Source: a virus
Lineage: Duplodnaviria > Caudoviricetes
Virus record (IMG/VR): IMGVR_UViG_3300020409_000027
Location: 1 to 49,822 of that record
Strand: one strand, 5' to 3'
DNA length: 49,822 nt
Shown here: positions 1-9,251 of the stretch, piece after piece
Position numbering within the stretch: the stretch's first letter is position 1
Layout of the letters: each line of letters starts with the position of its first letter
Notes under the pieces: model-generated
What the model was told of the DNA's origin: nothing
Database searches by the model: none
What the model saw: only the letters and a program-made list of their open reading frames with translations
Program-made: the position numbers and the translations under genes

Positions 1-174
1 TGGAGGAATTTAAAACGTGAAGATTTGATGCTACACTTAAATGAGGTGGACGATCATTATCAGAATTATAAGGAAGAAGTTTATAAGTTTATTGAGTCGG
101 ATGACTGCCCTAGTCATTACGAATACTTACTTAACAATGTATACGGTGGTGTAGATGATGTTCAATTTTCTTAG
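1..174 (+). CDS. 3' end (partial) of probable tryptophan-halogenase-like flavin-dependent enzyme
   Basis: Frame 1 is open from base 1 to TAG at 172-174: ...EEVYKFIESDDCPSHYEYLLNNVYGGVDDVQFS. The PSHYEYL..N.YGG tail resembles the C-termini of cyanophage PrnA-like halogenases, which occur near 2OG-Fe(II) clusters. The catalytic motifs lie outside the window. Confidence 0.55.
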   Translation, partial: WRNLKREDLMLHLNEVDDHYQNYKEEVYKFIESDDCPSHYEYLLNNVYGGVDDVQFS

Positions 175-946
175 GAGAAAGAAACCTTGGATCAGGTTCT
201 ATTCACTAGAACCAGGTATAGCAGAATGCTATCCTCTTATACCTACATCTAAGGTAAAGAGAAATTGGTTAAGCAAAGAACAGAAAGGAAAGAAATGCCC
301 TTTCCAAGGTACACAAAACAGTTCTAATTGTCCTGGTATCAAACAGATAGCAAGGATGGGATGGGTTGTAGTTGCACCTATGGATTTCTATATTATGACA
401 AATGGAGATGGTATATCATTTCAATATGAGATACCTAATCAGTTTCAGAGACACAGTAATTACATCTCAGATCACACACCTGAGCAGGTCATTCCTCTTA
501 TAGATAGACCAGATACCACACTCGCTCATATAATTAAGTTAGAATTGCCTTGGCGAGTTAGGGCATCCGATGACATCGTATTCTTGCAACAACCTGTCTA
601 TTGGAATAATGAACCACGATTCGAAGCAGTCGCTGGTATCTTCGATCCAAGATTTGCATTGCAAGTTAACGTACAATTAAAATGGTATGAGTTAAATAGT
701 GGTGAAGAAGGAACTCTTGTGAAAGCAGGTACACCTCTCGCTCAATACATACCAATGCCACGTCAGGTTCTTGAATCATCTTGGTATGATCTCACACAGG
801 AACCTGCTGAGACAAAGGACTGGGATCTGGAAGCAGCATTTAATTATTCAATTAAATCTGAATATATGATTCACGATACAGTACAAGGTAGAATAGCACG
901 AGCAATGAAAACTATTAACTTTCATAAGGATGGTAAAAAACGATGA
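155..946 (+). CDS. Conserved cyanophage hypothetical protein (possible dUTPase-like beta fold)
   Basis: 263 aa with CP...GW..AP.D, K...PW and KAGTPLAQYIP segments typical of a family found in cyanophage oxygenase clusters. Overlaps both neighbours. Confidence 0.7.
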   Translation: MMFNFLRRKKPWIRFYSLEPGIAECYPLIPTSKVKRNWLSKEQKGKKCPFQGTQNSSNCPGIKQIARMGWVVVAPMDFYIMTNGDGISFQYEIPNQFQRHSNYISDHTPEQVIPLIDRPDTTLAHIIKLELPWRVRASDDIVFLQQPVYWNNEPRFEAVAGIFDPRFALQVNVQLKWYELNSGEEGTLVKAGTPLAQYIPMPRQVLESSWYDLTQEPAETKDWDLEAAFNYSIKSEYMIHDTVQGRIARAMKTINFHKDGKKR

Positions 947-1263
947 CTATTGATGATTTGATTCAGAACTTTTATGTTCAAAAAGAAGCAACTCAGAAGA
1001 AAATTGAGGAACTCGATGAGACGTTCAGTAATAAGAAACTGAACCCTTATGGTGTAACAACTATTGAGTTCCAAGAGAGATCTGACGCATATAGTCAGAA
1101 ATCAAGATTAGAGGGTGCTATCGATGCACTGTATATCGTAAAGAAAGAAATCTTTAACGATGACGGTGAAGTAGAAATCCCAGACCTAGCAAAAATGGCA
1201 GAGGAGGAAGAGATCGAGACAATCGGTCAGAAATCTGAAATGCCAGATACATTCCCAAATTAA
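943..1263 (+). CDS. Hypothetical protein (acidic, coiled-coil-like)
   Basis: 106-aa ORF with an ATGA overlap to the upstream gene. Confidence 0.7.
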   Translation: MTIDDLIQNFYVQKEATQKKIEELDETFSNKKLNPYGVTTIEFQERSDAYSQKSRLEGAIDALYIVKKEIFNDDGEVEIPDLAKMAEEEEIETIGQKSEMPDTFPN

Positions 1264-1267
1264 ACAA

Positions 1268-1435
1268 ATGAACACATACCACATATACCTTAAAGATCGT
1301 TGTCTATTCAAAGACTTGGATGAAGATGAGTTTAGAGTAATATGGGGTCGGTTATACCACTCCTATTGGGATGATATAACATTTTCAGTTGTAAAAGACA
1401 CAGAAGATCAACTTGATCTTGAACACTCTTATTAA
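1268..1435 (+). CDS. Small hypothetical protein
   Basis: Not in the ORF track. MNTYHIYLKDRCLFKDLDEDEFRVIWGRLYHSY...EHSY (55 aa) fills the gap between neighbours almost exactly. Confidence 0.7.
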   Translation: MNTYHIYLKDRCLFKDLDEDEFRVIWGRLYHSYWDDITFSVVKDTEDQLDLEHSY

Positions 1436-1437
1436 TT

Positions 1438-1701
1438 ATGCCAGTATACAGAGACTATGAGATTAGACTCAATCTCAATGAACTAATTGAATCCAGGATT
1501 CCAACCTGTGATCTATTACACCCAGACCACTGTTTAACAGAATCTCAAGTGGCAGATATTGCACACGATATTAATATGGATCTGGATTTGCATCCGATCT
1601 TTCATCAAATTGATGACCATATTATGAGATATGTGAAAGCAGCAGGAATCGATAACAAAGACCACTGGGTTGAAAAAAAATTACCTGATTTAAACCAATG
1701 A
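1438..1701 (+). CDS. Hypothetical protein
   Basis: 87-aa ORF with an ATGA overlap to ho1. Confidence 0.7.
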   Translation: MPVYRDYEIRLNLNELIESRIPTCDLLHPDHCLTESQVADIAHDINMDLDLHPIFHQIDDHIMRYVKAAGIDNKDHWVEKKLPDLNQ

Positions 1702-2270
1702 AAGGAACATCTAAATTAAAAGAAGCAACAATGGGACAACATAAAGCAGCAGAGGAGCAACCCTTTGTTGGTATGATGTTCGGGGGACAGTTGACAGAAC
1801 AATCATATGCAATCTATTTGCATAATCAAATCATACAATACGCAGCACTAGAGAGTGCAGCATATGAACAAGGTATGTTAGAAGAACTACCTGACATTGC
1901 TAGAGTACCTGGTATGAGAAAGGATTTCGATGAATTATATGATGGTAAGACTGAACTACCAGTTCTATCTACCACTAAAAGATTTGTAGAATATATTGAA
2001 GGTTTAGATAAGGATGACTTCCTATATACTCATAAGTTAATGGCACATCTATACACCAGACATATGGGAGACCTGATGGGTGGACAGATGCTTGCAAAGA
2101 AAGTACCAGGATCTTCAGCAATGTATGAGTTCGCTGACCCTGATGCTCTTAAAGCAGCAATTCGTGCTAGACTCGATGACTCAATGACTCCAGAGGTCAA
2201 GTTTGCTTACGAGATAGCAACCAGAACTTTTGTTGAAATGTTACCTTACGCTAATGTCAAGACCACCTAA
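1698..2270 (+). CDS. ho1: Heme oxygenase (phage Ho1)
   Basis: LKEATMGQHKAAE (proximal His helix) and AHLYTRHMGDLMGGQML (heme oxygenase signature HxYxRyxGDLSGGQ). Confidence 0.92.
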   Translation: MKGTSKLKEATMGQHKAAEEQPFVGMMFGGQLTEQSYAIYLHNQIIQYAALESAAYEQGMLEELPDIARVPGMRKDFDELYDGKTELPVLSTTKRFVEYIEGLDKDDFLYTHKLMAHLYTRHMGDLMGGQMLAKKVPGSSAMYEFADPDALKAAIRARLDDSMTPEVKFAYEIATRTFVEMLPYANVKTT

Positions 2271-2397
2271 ACTAAATTACAATACACATCCCCCAACTAT
2301 ACGAAATCTACCTCGTGAGTTGAGGGATAAAGTGGTTAAAAAAACTCAGCAAACAATTAAAAATTTAAAAGCATTAATGGACAATCTATTTGTATGA
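2254..2397 (+). CDS. Small basic hypothetical protein
   Basis: 47 aa, MSRPPKLNYNTH...DNLFV. Overlaps the ho1 stop and the next ATG (ATGA). Confidence 0.5.
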   Translation: MSRPPKLNYNTHPPTIRNLPRELRDKVVKKTQQTIKNLKALMDNLFV

Positions 2398-2993
2398 AAC
2401 CTGTGAATTATATTCCAAATTTTGTTTGGAAATTAAATTACAACTTTGAATATGAAGGTGGTGTTTTACAGTATGATGTAGGATGCTTGTTCGATGAAAT
2501 TGCAAAGAAAGATATAATTAGAAATAGTATGTTGGAAGACGGTGATGCTTTTTCAACAGCAATCGCATCACGTTCACCCATAGCACCACACAACTGGGAA
2601 TGTTTACAAAAATTCTTCAATGTAATATATCCAAAGTTAAAAGTTATATGGGATGATTGGGAATATTTTGATATGGGATTCAGACCTGTACAGAGTTGGG
2701 TCAACCTACACAAGAAAGGAGGACGGACACTAGAACACTCCCATAGTCCTTGCCCGATGGTTCTATCGTGTTATCTTAAAGCACCCGAAGGTTCGGGTGA
2801 TTTCTTAGTTAGAGACCCCTTAGAGAGTCATAGAAGTGGGTATCCACAAGAGAGTCAAGAAACTATATGGAGGTTGATAGAAGTTAAAACAAATGATATA
2901 CTGGTATTTCCAGGTTGGTTACAACATAAAACCCAACCAAATGCGACCGATGAAGATCGGGTAGTTCTGACGTTTAATTATGAAGGTTTTTAA
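2394..2993 (+). CDS. 2OG-Fe(II) oxygenase-fold protein (TIGR02466-like, HxH type)
   Basis: SWVN...EHSH...SCYL...DP...ILVFPGWLQHKT...DRVVLTFN. Confidence 0.85.
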   Translation: MKPVNYIPNFVWKLNYNFEYEGGVLQYDVGCLFDEIAKKDIIRNSMLEDGDAFSTAIASRSPIAPHNWECLQKFFNVIYPKLKVIWDDWEYFDMGFRPVQSWVNLHKKGGRTLEHSHSPCPMVLSCYLKAPEGSGDFLVRDPLESHRSGYPQESQETIWRLIEVKTNDILVFPGWLQHKTQPNATDEDRVVLTFNYEGF

Positions 2994-3531
2994 GAACATT
3001 ATACCTAAACCTTATCAGGATAGAATTGAAACTATTATGTCTGATGTATCCTTTAAATGGGGATTACTATCTGATGTAACATATGGTTCTGATTCAGCAA
3101 TGAGAAATAAGTTTCCAAATGCTCAAGGTAGTGTTGGATTTGCTCATCTATTTGCAGATAGAGCATCACAAACACAATCAGATAACCTAGATTTTATTCT
3201 ACCATTACTCTTACATTTCACAGAGACAAATGATTTTGATCTGATTAGAATTAAGGGTGGATTACTACTACCAACTACACCTTATCGCTTAGGTTCTCAT
3301 AATATGCCACACGTTGATTATGAAGAACAAGGTATAACTACAGCACTATATTATGTGAATGATTCAGACGGAGATACCGTCTTTTTCGATGATACATATA
3401 ATATAGTACAGAGGATTAAACCAGAGAAAGGTAAGGTCGTCATCTTTGATAATCTAATTTATCACGCATCTACCTGCCCACAGTACTCTAAAACTAGGAT
3501 GGTTATTAACTTTAATTATGCACTACACTAG
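2980..3531 (+). CDS. 2OG-Fe(II) oxygenase
   Basis: PHVD...ALYYVNDSDGDT...YHAS...RMVINFN (HxD...H...R). Confidence 0.85.
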   Translation: MKVFKNIIPKPYQDRIETIMSDVSFKWGLLSDVTYGSDSAMRNKFPNAQGSVGFAHLFADRASQTQSDNLDFILPLLLHFTETNDFDLIRIKGGLLLPTTPYRLGSHNMPHVDYEEQGITTALYYVNDSDGDTVFFDDTYNIVQRIKPEKGKVVIFDNLIYHASTCPQYSKTRMVINFNYALH

Positions 3532-4162
3532 CGAAGAAACTATACCAACTGTGGTGGTTGATAACTTCTTTGAGACACCTAGTTTGGTTGCTCAATATGC
3601 ACGTCAACAACAGTATTTTAAATGTACTGAACATCCCGCAGGTGGTACCTGGCCAGGTAAAAGGACACCATTACTTGATAAATTAGATCCAATACTACAT
3701 CAAAAAATATGTAGTAAACTGATAAGGTATTTACCACATCATATGGGTTTTGAAATTGCAGATATGACATTTCATATCTCAACTGAAGAAACAGGAGACG
3801 GATGGATTCACACCGACCCACCACATTTAGGAATCGGGGTTGTTATCTATTTGAATGATGGTATCAGAAAAAATACAGGAACAGCATTATATGATGTTCC
3901 ACCAGGTTACTCAGGACAAATGTATGAAACAGAATTCAAATCACAAATGTCAGCAGAAAGTCAGGAAGAAAGGGATTCTTTCGCTGACGTACAGCAAAAA
4001 TGCAACGAGGATTTTAGGGTGTCTATAAATGTAGAAGAGAGATACAATCGTTGCATCATCTTTGATGGTAGGAAGTATCACGGAGCAGTTGGTTTGTATG
4101 GTGACAACCCAGAAAATGCTCGTCTCACCCTAGTAGCATTTCTAAGAGGTGTATTAAAATGA
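3518..4162 (+). CDS. 2OG-Fe(II) oxygenase-like protein (DUF6445-like)
   Basis: VVDNFF..P, WPGKR, IHTD, GVVIYLN, YNRCIIFDG..YHG...RLT. Confidence 0.82.
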   Translation: MHYTSEETIPTVVVDNFFETPSLVAQYARQQQYFKCTEHPAGGTWPGKRTPLLDKLDPILHQKICSKLIRYLPHHMGFEIADMTFHISTEETGDGWIHTDPPHLGIGVVIYLNDGIRKNTGTALYDVPPGYSGQMYETEFKSQMSAESQEERDSFADVQQKCNEDFRVSINVEERYNRCIIFDGRKYHGAVGLYGDNPENARLTLVAFLRGVLK

Positions 4163-4812
4163 AAGTTGTAATCCACGATCCAGTAGAGGTATTGGCAGAG
4201 AACAAATTATATGTTGTTCGAAATGCAGTATCTAACGAGACTTGTGAACATCTTGCTAAAGAGTATCTTATGATTAAAGATATTGTTGAAGCAACATCAC
4301 AAGGACCTACAAGCGACCCTATAATGCCTGGTGCATTTGCAATGTATTCGCCAGTATGTTTTGAAGCAATGGGACAATCAATTCAACCTATTGTAGAGGA
4401 TGTATTGGGTGTACAATTACATCAAACATTTAGTTACGCTAGAGTATATGTTAAAGGAACTAATTTAGTCAGACATCGAGATAGGACAAGCGGTGAGTGG
4501 GTTGCAAATGTGTGTATCACCAGAGACGATGTTGATTGGAAGTTTTATATCGAACTGGAAGGAAAGTCACATCAAATATTATTAAATCAGGGAGATATGA
4601 TTATATTCAGAGGACATAAAGATTTCCATTGGAGACCAAAATACACAGGTGAATTACAAATTCAAGCATTTGTATCTTATGTTGATCAAAATGGAATATA
4701 TGCTGATAACAAATATGATGGAAGACCGATGTTAGCAGCACCTTGGGAGACAGCAAGTGATAAGATTAAACAAGAACAATCAATGATTAACTCATCCCCT
4801 TATTATACTTAA
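4159..4812 (+). CDS. 2OG-Fe(II) oxygenase
   Basis: TFSYARVY..G..L.RHRDR, GDMIIFRG...HWR, YVD.NG. Confidence 0.85.
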   Translation: MKVVIHDPVEVLAENKLYVVRNAVSNETCEHLAKEYLMIKDIVEATSQGPTSDPIMPGAFAMYSPVCFEAMGQSIQPIVEDVLGVQLHQTFSYARVYVKGTNLVRHRDRTSGEWVANVCITRDDVDWKFYIELEGKSHQILLNQGDMIIFRGHKDFHWRPKYTGELQIQAFVSYVDQNGIYADNKYDGRPMLAAPWETASDKIKQEQSMINSSPYYT

Positions 4813-4814
4813 TT

Positions 4815-5456
4815 ATGGACGAAAACATTCTTAGCGATAAACTACCAGAGGTCAAGATCCCTACCTATGGTTTGTTTCCTACACCTATTTCTGTTTACAC
4901 AGCATACAATCATAAACAGTTGAAAGAAGAAATTACAACGTTTATTAGTATGATGAATCCTGATGATGTTAAACAATCCCCACGATCAGATATTAACTTA
5001 AATGTTATGCAATTAGGGGAAGATAATATACTGGACAAACCAGAACTATCTAACGTTAAAGCAGAGATATTACAGGCAGTTGATAAGGCAAACGAACAAT
5101 CATATGCATATACTTTAAGCGACCCAATTAATATAACTGATAGTGTTATTGAACTAGGAAATAAGGATGCAATATATCTACCACACGAACAATCTAATTG
5201 TTTATATAGTGGATGCTATTTTGTAAACTATGATGAAATTAAACATTCACCACTTAAGTTTAGGAGAGCAATAGCGTCACCACATTATCCTATTATTCAG
5301 TATCCTAACAACGCACTCACTCCCTTTAATTGTTTAGATCAAAACGTACCATATAAGGAAGGAGATATTGTTATTTTTCCTAGTAACTTATCGAGAGGTT
5401 ATGAAGCGAATACCGATGGTAATCGTATAACTATATCATTTAACGTATCGATATGA
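4815..5456 (+). CDS. TIGR02466-like 2OG-Fe(II) fold protein with degenerate metal ligands
   Basis: LFPTPI, SGCYFVN, EGDIVIFPSNL and RITISFN are conserved, but HxH reads HEQ and the distal His position reads R (LSRG). Confidence 0.75.
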   Translation: MDENILSDKLPEVKIPTYGLFPTPISVYTAYNHKQLKEEITTFISMMNPDDVKQSPRSDINLNVMQLGEDNILDKPELSNVKAEILQAVDKANEQSYAYTLSDPINITDSVIELGNKDAIYLPHEQSNCLYSGCYFVNYDEIKHSPLKFRRAIASPHYPIIQYPNNALTPFNCLDQNVPYKEGDIVIFPSNLSRGYEANTDGNRITISFNVSI

Positions 5457-6124
5457 AAATCAATAATATTATTACAAGAGATAATCCATTTTACGTCAAG
5501 TCGCCTGACTTTATTATTATGGATAATGTTATTTCGGAAGCATATCAAGACTGGTTAATTGACTGTATCAAGAATGAGGATTTGATGTGGCATCGTAAAG
5601 ACCACGCAATTACAGAAATGCTACCTGATGACCCTCGCAATGGGTTTTGTAATTTCCATTATTTGTATGAGATTGACAAAGGTGGAGAGTTATCACAGTT
5701 ATGTAATGCTTTTATGCCTTTGGCACTTGAGTTTAGGACTAAACTTAAATGTGAGTGCCTATTGAGGATGAGAGTTAATTGTGTTCCTAGTTATCCTACT
5801 CAACAGATACAGTTACCACACGTTGACAGTTACGTTAAAGGTGCTTGGAATGTGATATACTATATTGACAATAGTAATGGCGATACTGTCATCTATAACG
5901 AGAGGACTCAAGACCCTAATCGTTATATGGAAATGGCAAAAGCAGATAAGTTTACAGAAATGACTCGTATCACTCCTAAGAAGGGGAGAGCAGTAGCATT
6001 TAAAGGAGACTTATTCCACGCATCTACGCTACCTATTAAAACTTGGAGACCAGTTTTAAACATTAACTTAAGCGAACAAGTACCAGTTAATCCACAAACA
6101 GCATACAATCCAAATGACATATAA
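5453..6124 (+). CDS. 2OG-Fe(II) oxygenase
   Basis: LPHVD...IYYIDNSNGDT...PKKGRAVAF.G..FHAS...R.VLNIN. Confidence 0.85.
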   Translation: MKINNIITRDNPFYVKSPDFIIMDNVISEAYQDWLIDCIKNEDLMWHRKDHAITEMLPDDPRNGFCNFHYLYEIDKGGELSQLCNAFMPLALEFRTKLKCECLLRMRVNCVPSYPTQQIQLPHVDSYVKGAWNVIYYIDNSNGDTVIYNERTQDPNRYMEMAKADKFTEMTRITPKKGRAVAFKGDLFHASTLPIKTWRPVLNINLSEQVPVNPQTAYNPNDI

Positions 6125-6779
6125 AATTAGAGACGGTCACGATTGGACATTATGGAGATCGCCAGCAGTAGAAAATGAGTCAACAGAAATGATCGCTCAG
6201 ATAGGTAGATCATTCAGACTATTTAAAAAGACCTTTAGTGGTCTTGACTCATCACTAAAGAATGATGGTTTAACTCTTGGAGCATTGCCTGATATATTTA
6301 ATGTACAAGATCAACATAAAGAAGATTTAGAGCATCTTAATACAGAGACAGATTTTAGTGGATATAGATTCTATAATCTATTTGCATTAACATCGCCTAG
6401 TCCATTATTCTGGTTATTGTTTAAGGATATACAGACAGTAGTAAGGACAACACTACAAACGGATGAACCACTATGGATGCAATGTTGGTTTAATTACCAC
6501 GAACCACATCAAGTATTGAAGTGGCACGATCATCACTTCCCATACCACGGATATGTAAGCATTGACCCAAAAGATAGTACAACATTATTTAAAGAAGGAG
6601 ATATAAAATATGAGATAAAGAATGAGATAGGAAATATATATTTTGGTAAGGGATGGGATAGAATGCATATGGTGAGAGTGGATTCACCCTATGAAGGTAA
6701 ACGCATCACGTTAGGGTTCGATATAATATGTCAACCTGATGTACCTGACGATCAGTTCTCTATTATTCCACTACTTTGA
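6114..6779 (+). CDS. 2OG-Fe(II) oxygenase-fold protein (HxH type)
   Basis: QCWFN...LKWHDH...HGYVSID...MHMV...RITLGFD. Confidence 0.78.
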   Translation: MTYKIRDGHDWTLWRSPAVENESTEMIAQIGRSFRLFKKTFSGLDSSLKNDGLTLGALPDIFNVQDQHKEDLEHLNTETDFSGYRFYNLFALTSPSPLFWLLFKDIQTVVRTTLQTDEPLWMQCWFNYHEPHQVLKWHDHHFPYHGYVSIDPKDSTTLFKEGDIKYEIKNEIGNIYFGKGWDRMHMVRVDSPYEGKRITLGFDIICQPDVPDDQFSIIPLL

Positions 6780-7105
6780 CCACTCCCATACTCCTATCCA
6801 ATTCAGTTCTCATAGAAATGAAGAAAATCCTACAATCCCTTAAAGTTGGTACTAAGATACGTTTTGATGGGGATGAGGGGTATATCTTTGGTATGCACGA
6901 TGAGTATCTGGTTATGTGTGTAAGAGAAATTGAAGATAAAGGTTCAAGGTATGGTAAAAGATACGTTAATGTGCTAATATATCCTAGTGACTGGGAAGAT
7001 ATAGAAATCGAACCCGATCAGTATCCTACAGACCATAGGAACTATCAAGGTAAGACGGACGATCATCCTGGAAATGATATGTTACCACCTATTGAAAAAC
7101 GATGA
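6776..7105 (+). CDS. Hypothetical protein
   Basis: ORF in the operon. The start may be the ATG at 6818 (MKKIL). Confidence 0.65.
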   Translation: MTTPILLSNSVLIEMKKILQSLKVGTKIRFDGDEGYIFGMHDEYLVMCVREIEDKGSRYGKRYVNVLIYPSDWEDIEIEPDQYPTDHRNYQGKTDDHPGNDMLPPIEKR

Positions 7106-7323
7106 ACTTAAAGAACACCTTTGTAAACTTGCAAGTGTCAAGGAATGAAGCGGAAGCAATTCTAACAGCACTAAACTATTTGCATTTGGATATGCAGAAG
7201 AAAAGCGAAGACATTCACGAGATCAAGTATGCTGACATATACAACTATATTAGAGAAGAGACGGACAAAGTAAATAATGCAATCAAGAAGGCAAAAGCAA
7301 AGCAACCAGTTGGAGAGTGGTAA
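7102..7323 (+). CDS. Hypothetical protein
   Basis: 73 aa with an ATGA overlap. Confidence 0.65.
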   Translation: MNLKNTFVNLQVSRNEAEAILTALNYLHLDMQKKSEDIHEIKYADIYNYIREETDKVNNAIKKAKAKQPVGEW

Positions 7324-7529
7324 TGCCATTAAGGAAACTAGCAAAAGTCAGACCTATTAGTGATAGGGCAAAACTTCAGTTTGTTGAGAATATGAACAAC
7401 AACGCTATGGCATATGTTGAGGACAAACGGAGCGATGGTAGGGTATTTCTATCATCGCAACATAATCCACAGTTCTGGTTCTGGTCAGATGGTACTGATG
7501 ACCCACATTGGAGATATGAGGAAGTATGA
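7317..7529 (+). CDS. Hypothetical protein
   Basis: About 68-70 aa. The likely start is the ATG at 7323 (TAATG overlap). Ends FWSDGTDDPHW. Confidence 0.65.
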   Translation: MVMPLRKLAKVRPISDRAKLQFVENMNNNAMAYVEDKRSDGRVFLSSQHNPQFWFWSDGTDDPHWRYEEV

Positions 7530-7705
7530 CGGAAGGAAAAGGAGGAGACTCCCTAAAACTAGAGGTCACAGAGGATGGCAAAGTTACGTTACAATGGGAT
7601 AAGAATGACCCACATTGGTCTTTTTTAGGTCAACTATCTGACGATCAGATAAATGAATTCATACAATCAGCACTAGAAGATGACAAACTTAGATCAGAAA
7701 ATTGA
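7526..7705 (+). CDS. Small hypothetical protein
   Basis: 59 aa, MTEGKGGDSLKLEVTEDGKVTLQWDKNDPHWSFL..., with an ATGA overlap. Not in the ORF track. Confidence 0.65.
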   Translation: MTEGKGGDSLKLEVTEDGKVTLQWDKNDPHWSFLGQLSDDQINEFIQSALEDDKLRSEN

Positions 7706-7910
7706 AAATGCTCGCAAGAGAATTTCAGAGTTGGAATTACTTATTGTAGAGTGGCAAAAACAAAACAACACTTATGAAAGAACAGAAATTCACAGCACCA
7801 CACGAGTTGGTAAGGATTTGGACGCACTCGACTCTTATCTTAATGATAATCAAGTTGGAGATAAACAGAATAGAGAGAACCCATTAGACTCAATGCCTAT
7901 TGCCACTTAG
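7680..7910 (+). CDS. Hypothetical protein (coiled-coil N-terminus)
   Basis: 76 aa, LDQKIENARKRISELELLI. Confidence 0.6.
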   Translation: MTNLDQKIENARKRISELELLIVEWQKQNNTYERTEIHSTTRVGKDLDALDSYLNDNQVGDKQNRENPLDSMPIAT

Positions 7911-7958
7911 AATACTGTCACACACAGGGGTGATAATGGTTCACCCATACTTTATAAT
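7900..7958 (+). promoter_or_regulatory. Early promoter cassette 1 (palindrome plus -10)
   Basis: tTGCCACTTAGAATACTGTCAC, a 31-nt spacer containing the hairpin GGGTGA/TCACCC, and TATAAT at 7953. Confidence 0.75.
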
Positions 7959-7976
7959 GAATTTATTGATACAAAT

Positions 7977-9221
7977 TTGATGGTTACATTACGTCCGCAC
8001 CAGAATCGTGCTATTGAAGCGATGCACGAGAATACTAAAGGTCAAGTTATAGTGCCTACTGGTGGTGGTAAGACTATGATTATGATTCATCACGCATTGC
8101 AGAAGTTTGCGAAGAATGAGAAGTTTGCACATACAGCAATTATCGTAGCACCTCGTATTTTATTAGCACAGCAATTATGTAATGAGTGGAAGCACTTCCA
8201 CGATGACGTTGACGTTATGCACGTCCATAGTGGTGGTAGTTCATACTTCAATACAACTGATATTGATAAACTCAACAAATACTATCATAAGTCAACTAAA
8301 AATATGCTTATATTCACGACTTATCATAGTTTGCACAAATTGGTTGCTAGTGAAGTAGAAGTTGATGTAATATATTATGATGAAGCACACAATAGTGTTG
8401 CTAAGAACTTTTTCCCTAGTGTTCAGCACTACTCTAATCAGTATGGTGTCAATTCCTACTATTTTACTGCTACTCCTAAGTTTGTGGGTGCTATTAATCC
8501 TAATAAAGGTAAGTATGGAATGAATATTCCTAGTGTGTATGGTAAAACTATTTGTAATGTTCCTGCACCAGAATTAGTTGAAGGTGGTTCTATTGTTAAA
8601 CCTACTATCGTACCATTTGAGTTAGATATTGATAGGACTAGACACAATAGACACATCCACGATGCAATGGCAACTGTTAAGTGTTTGCAAGAGATTACAG
8701 ACCCTAATGCTAAGGTTGTATGCTCAGTTGGTAGTTCTAAAGTATTGTCAGCAATGCTATCCAGTACTTCACTACTAGAGGATTTGAAGGAACTAGGATA
8801 TGATGTTATGCACGTTACATCTAAGTTTGGTGCATTTGTTAATGATAAGAAGGTCAACAGACACACATTCATAGAGACACTAAACAAGTGGGGTAAAGAG
8901 GATAGAAGGTTTATTGTTTTTCATTATTCTATATTATCTGAAGGTATTAGTGTTAGTGGATTAACTCATAGTATTATGTTGAGACAGTTAAGCATCATCG
9001 AAATGGCACAGACTATTGGTAGAGTCATCCGTATGAACCCAGAGGACAGAAAAGATATTGCAACTGGTAAACTCAAGAGTGGACAGTTACAGTTCTATCG
9101 TAAGTCAACTGGTTATGTATGTACACCAGTTAAATCACTAAATACTTTGAGAAGACTAGAGAGAGTTGTGGATGACATTTTTGTTAAAGGCATCCCACCG
9201 CTTCCTCTATCATATAAATAA
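7977..9221 (+). CDS. Superfamily 2 (DEAD/DEAH, type III Res-like) helicase
   Basis: LRPHQ (Q motif), PTGGGKT (Walker A), YDEAH (Walker B), FTATP, SEGI, QTIGRVIR. Confidence 0.9.
   Translation: MMVTLRPHQNRAIEAMHENTKGQVIVPTGGGKTMIMIHHALQKFAKNEKFAHTAIIVAPRILLAQQLCNEWKHFHDDVDVMHVHSGGSSYFNTTDIDKLNKYYHKSTKNMLIFTTYHSLHKLVASEVEVDVIYYDEAHNSVAKNFFPSVQHYSNQYGVNSYYFTATPKFVGAINPNKGKYGMNIPSVYGKTICNVPAPELVEGGSIVKPTIVPFELDIDRTRHNRHIHDAMATVKCLQEITDPNAKVVCSVGSSKVLSAMLSSTSLLEDLKELGYDVMHVTSKFGAFVNDKKVNRHTFIETLNKWGKEDRRFIVFHYSILSEGISVSGLTHSIMLRQLSIIEMAQTIGRVIRMNPEDRKDIATGKLKSGQLQFYRKSTGYVCTPVKSLNTLRRLERVVDDIFVKGIPPLPLSYK
9213..9220 (+). promoter_or_regulatory. T4-type late promoter
   Basis: Exact TATAAATA about 30 nt upstream of the ATG at 9252, with an AAGGA Shine-Dalgarno before the start. 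Confidence 0.6.
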
Positions 9222-9251
9222 ACCATAGGAAAGAATTTATTAAGGACTAAA

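Noticed and set aside
7498-7618. 14-nt repeat ATGACCCACATTGG in two adjacent ORFs (DPHW twice)
   Set aside because: Only two copies, both coding, with no further structure. Not enough to call an element.
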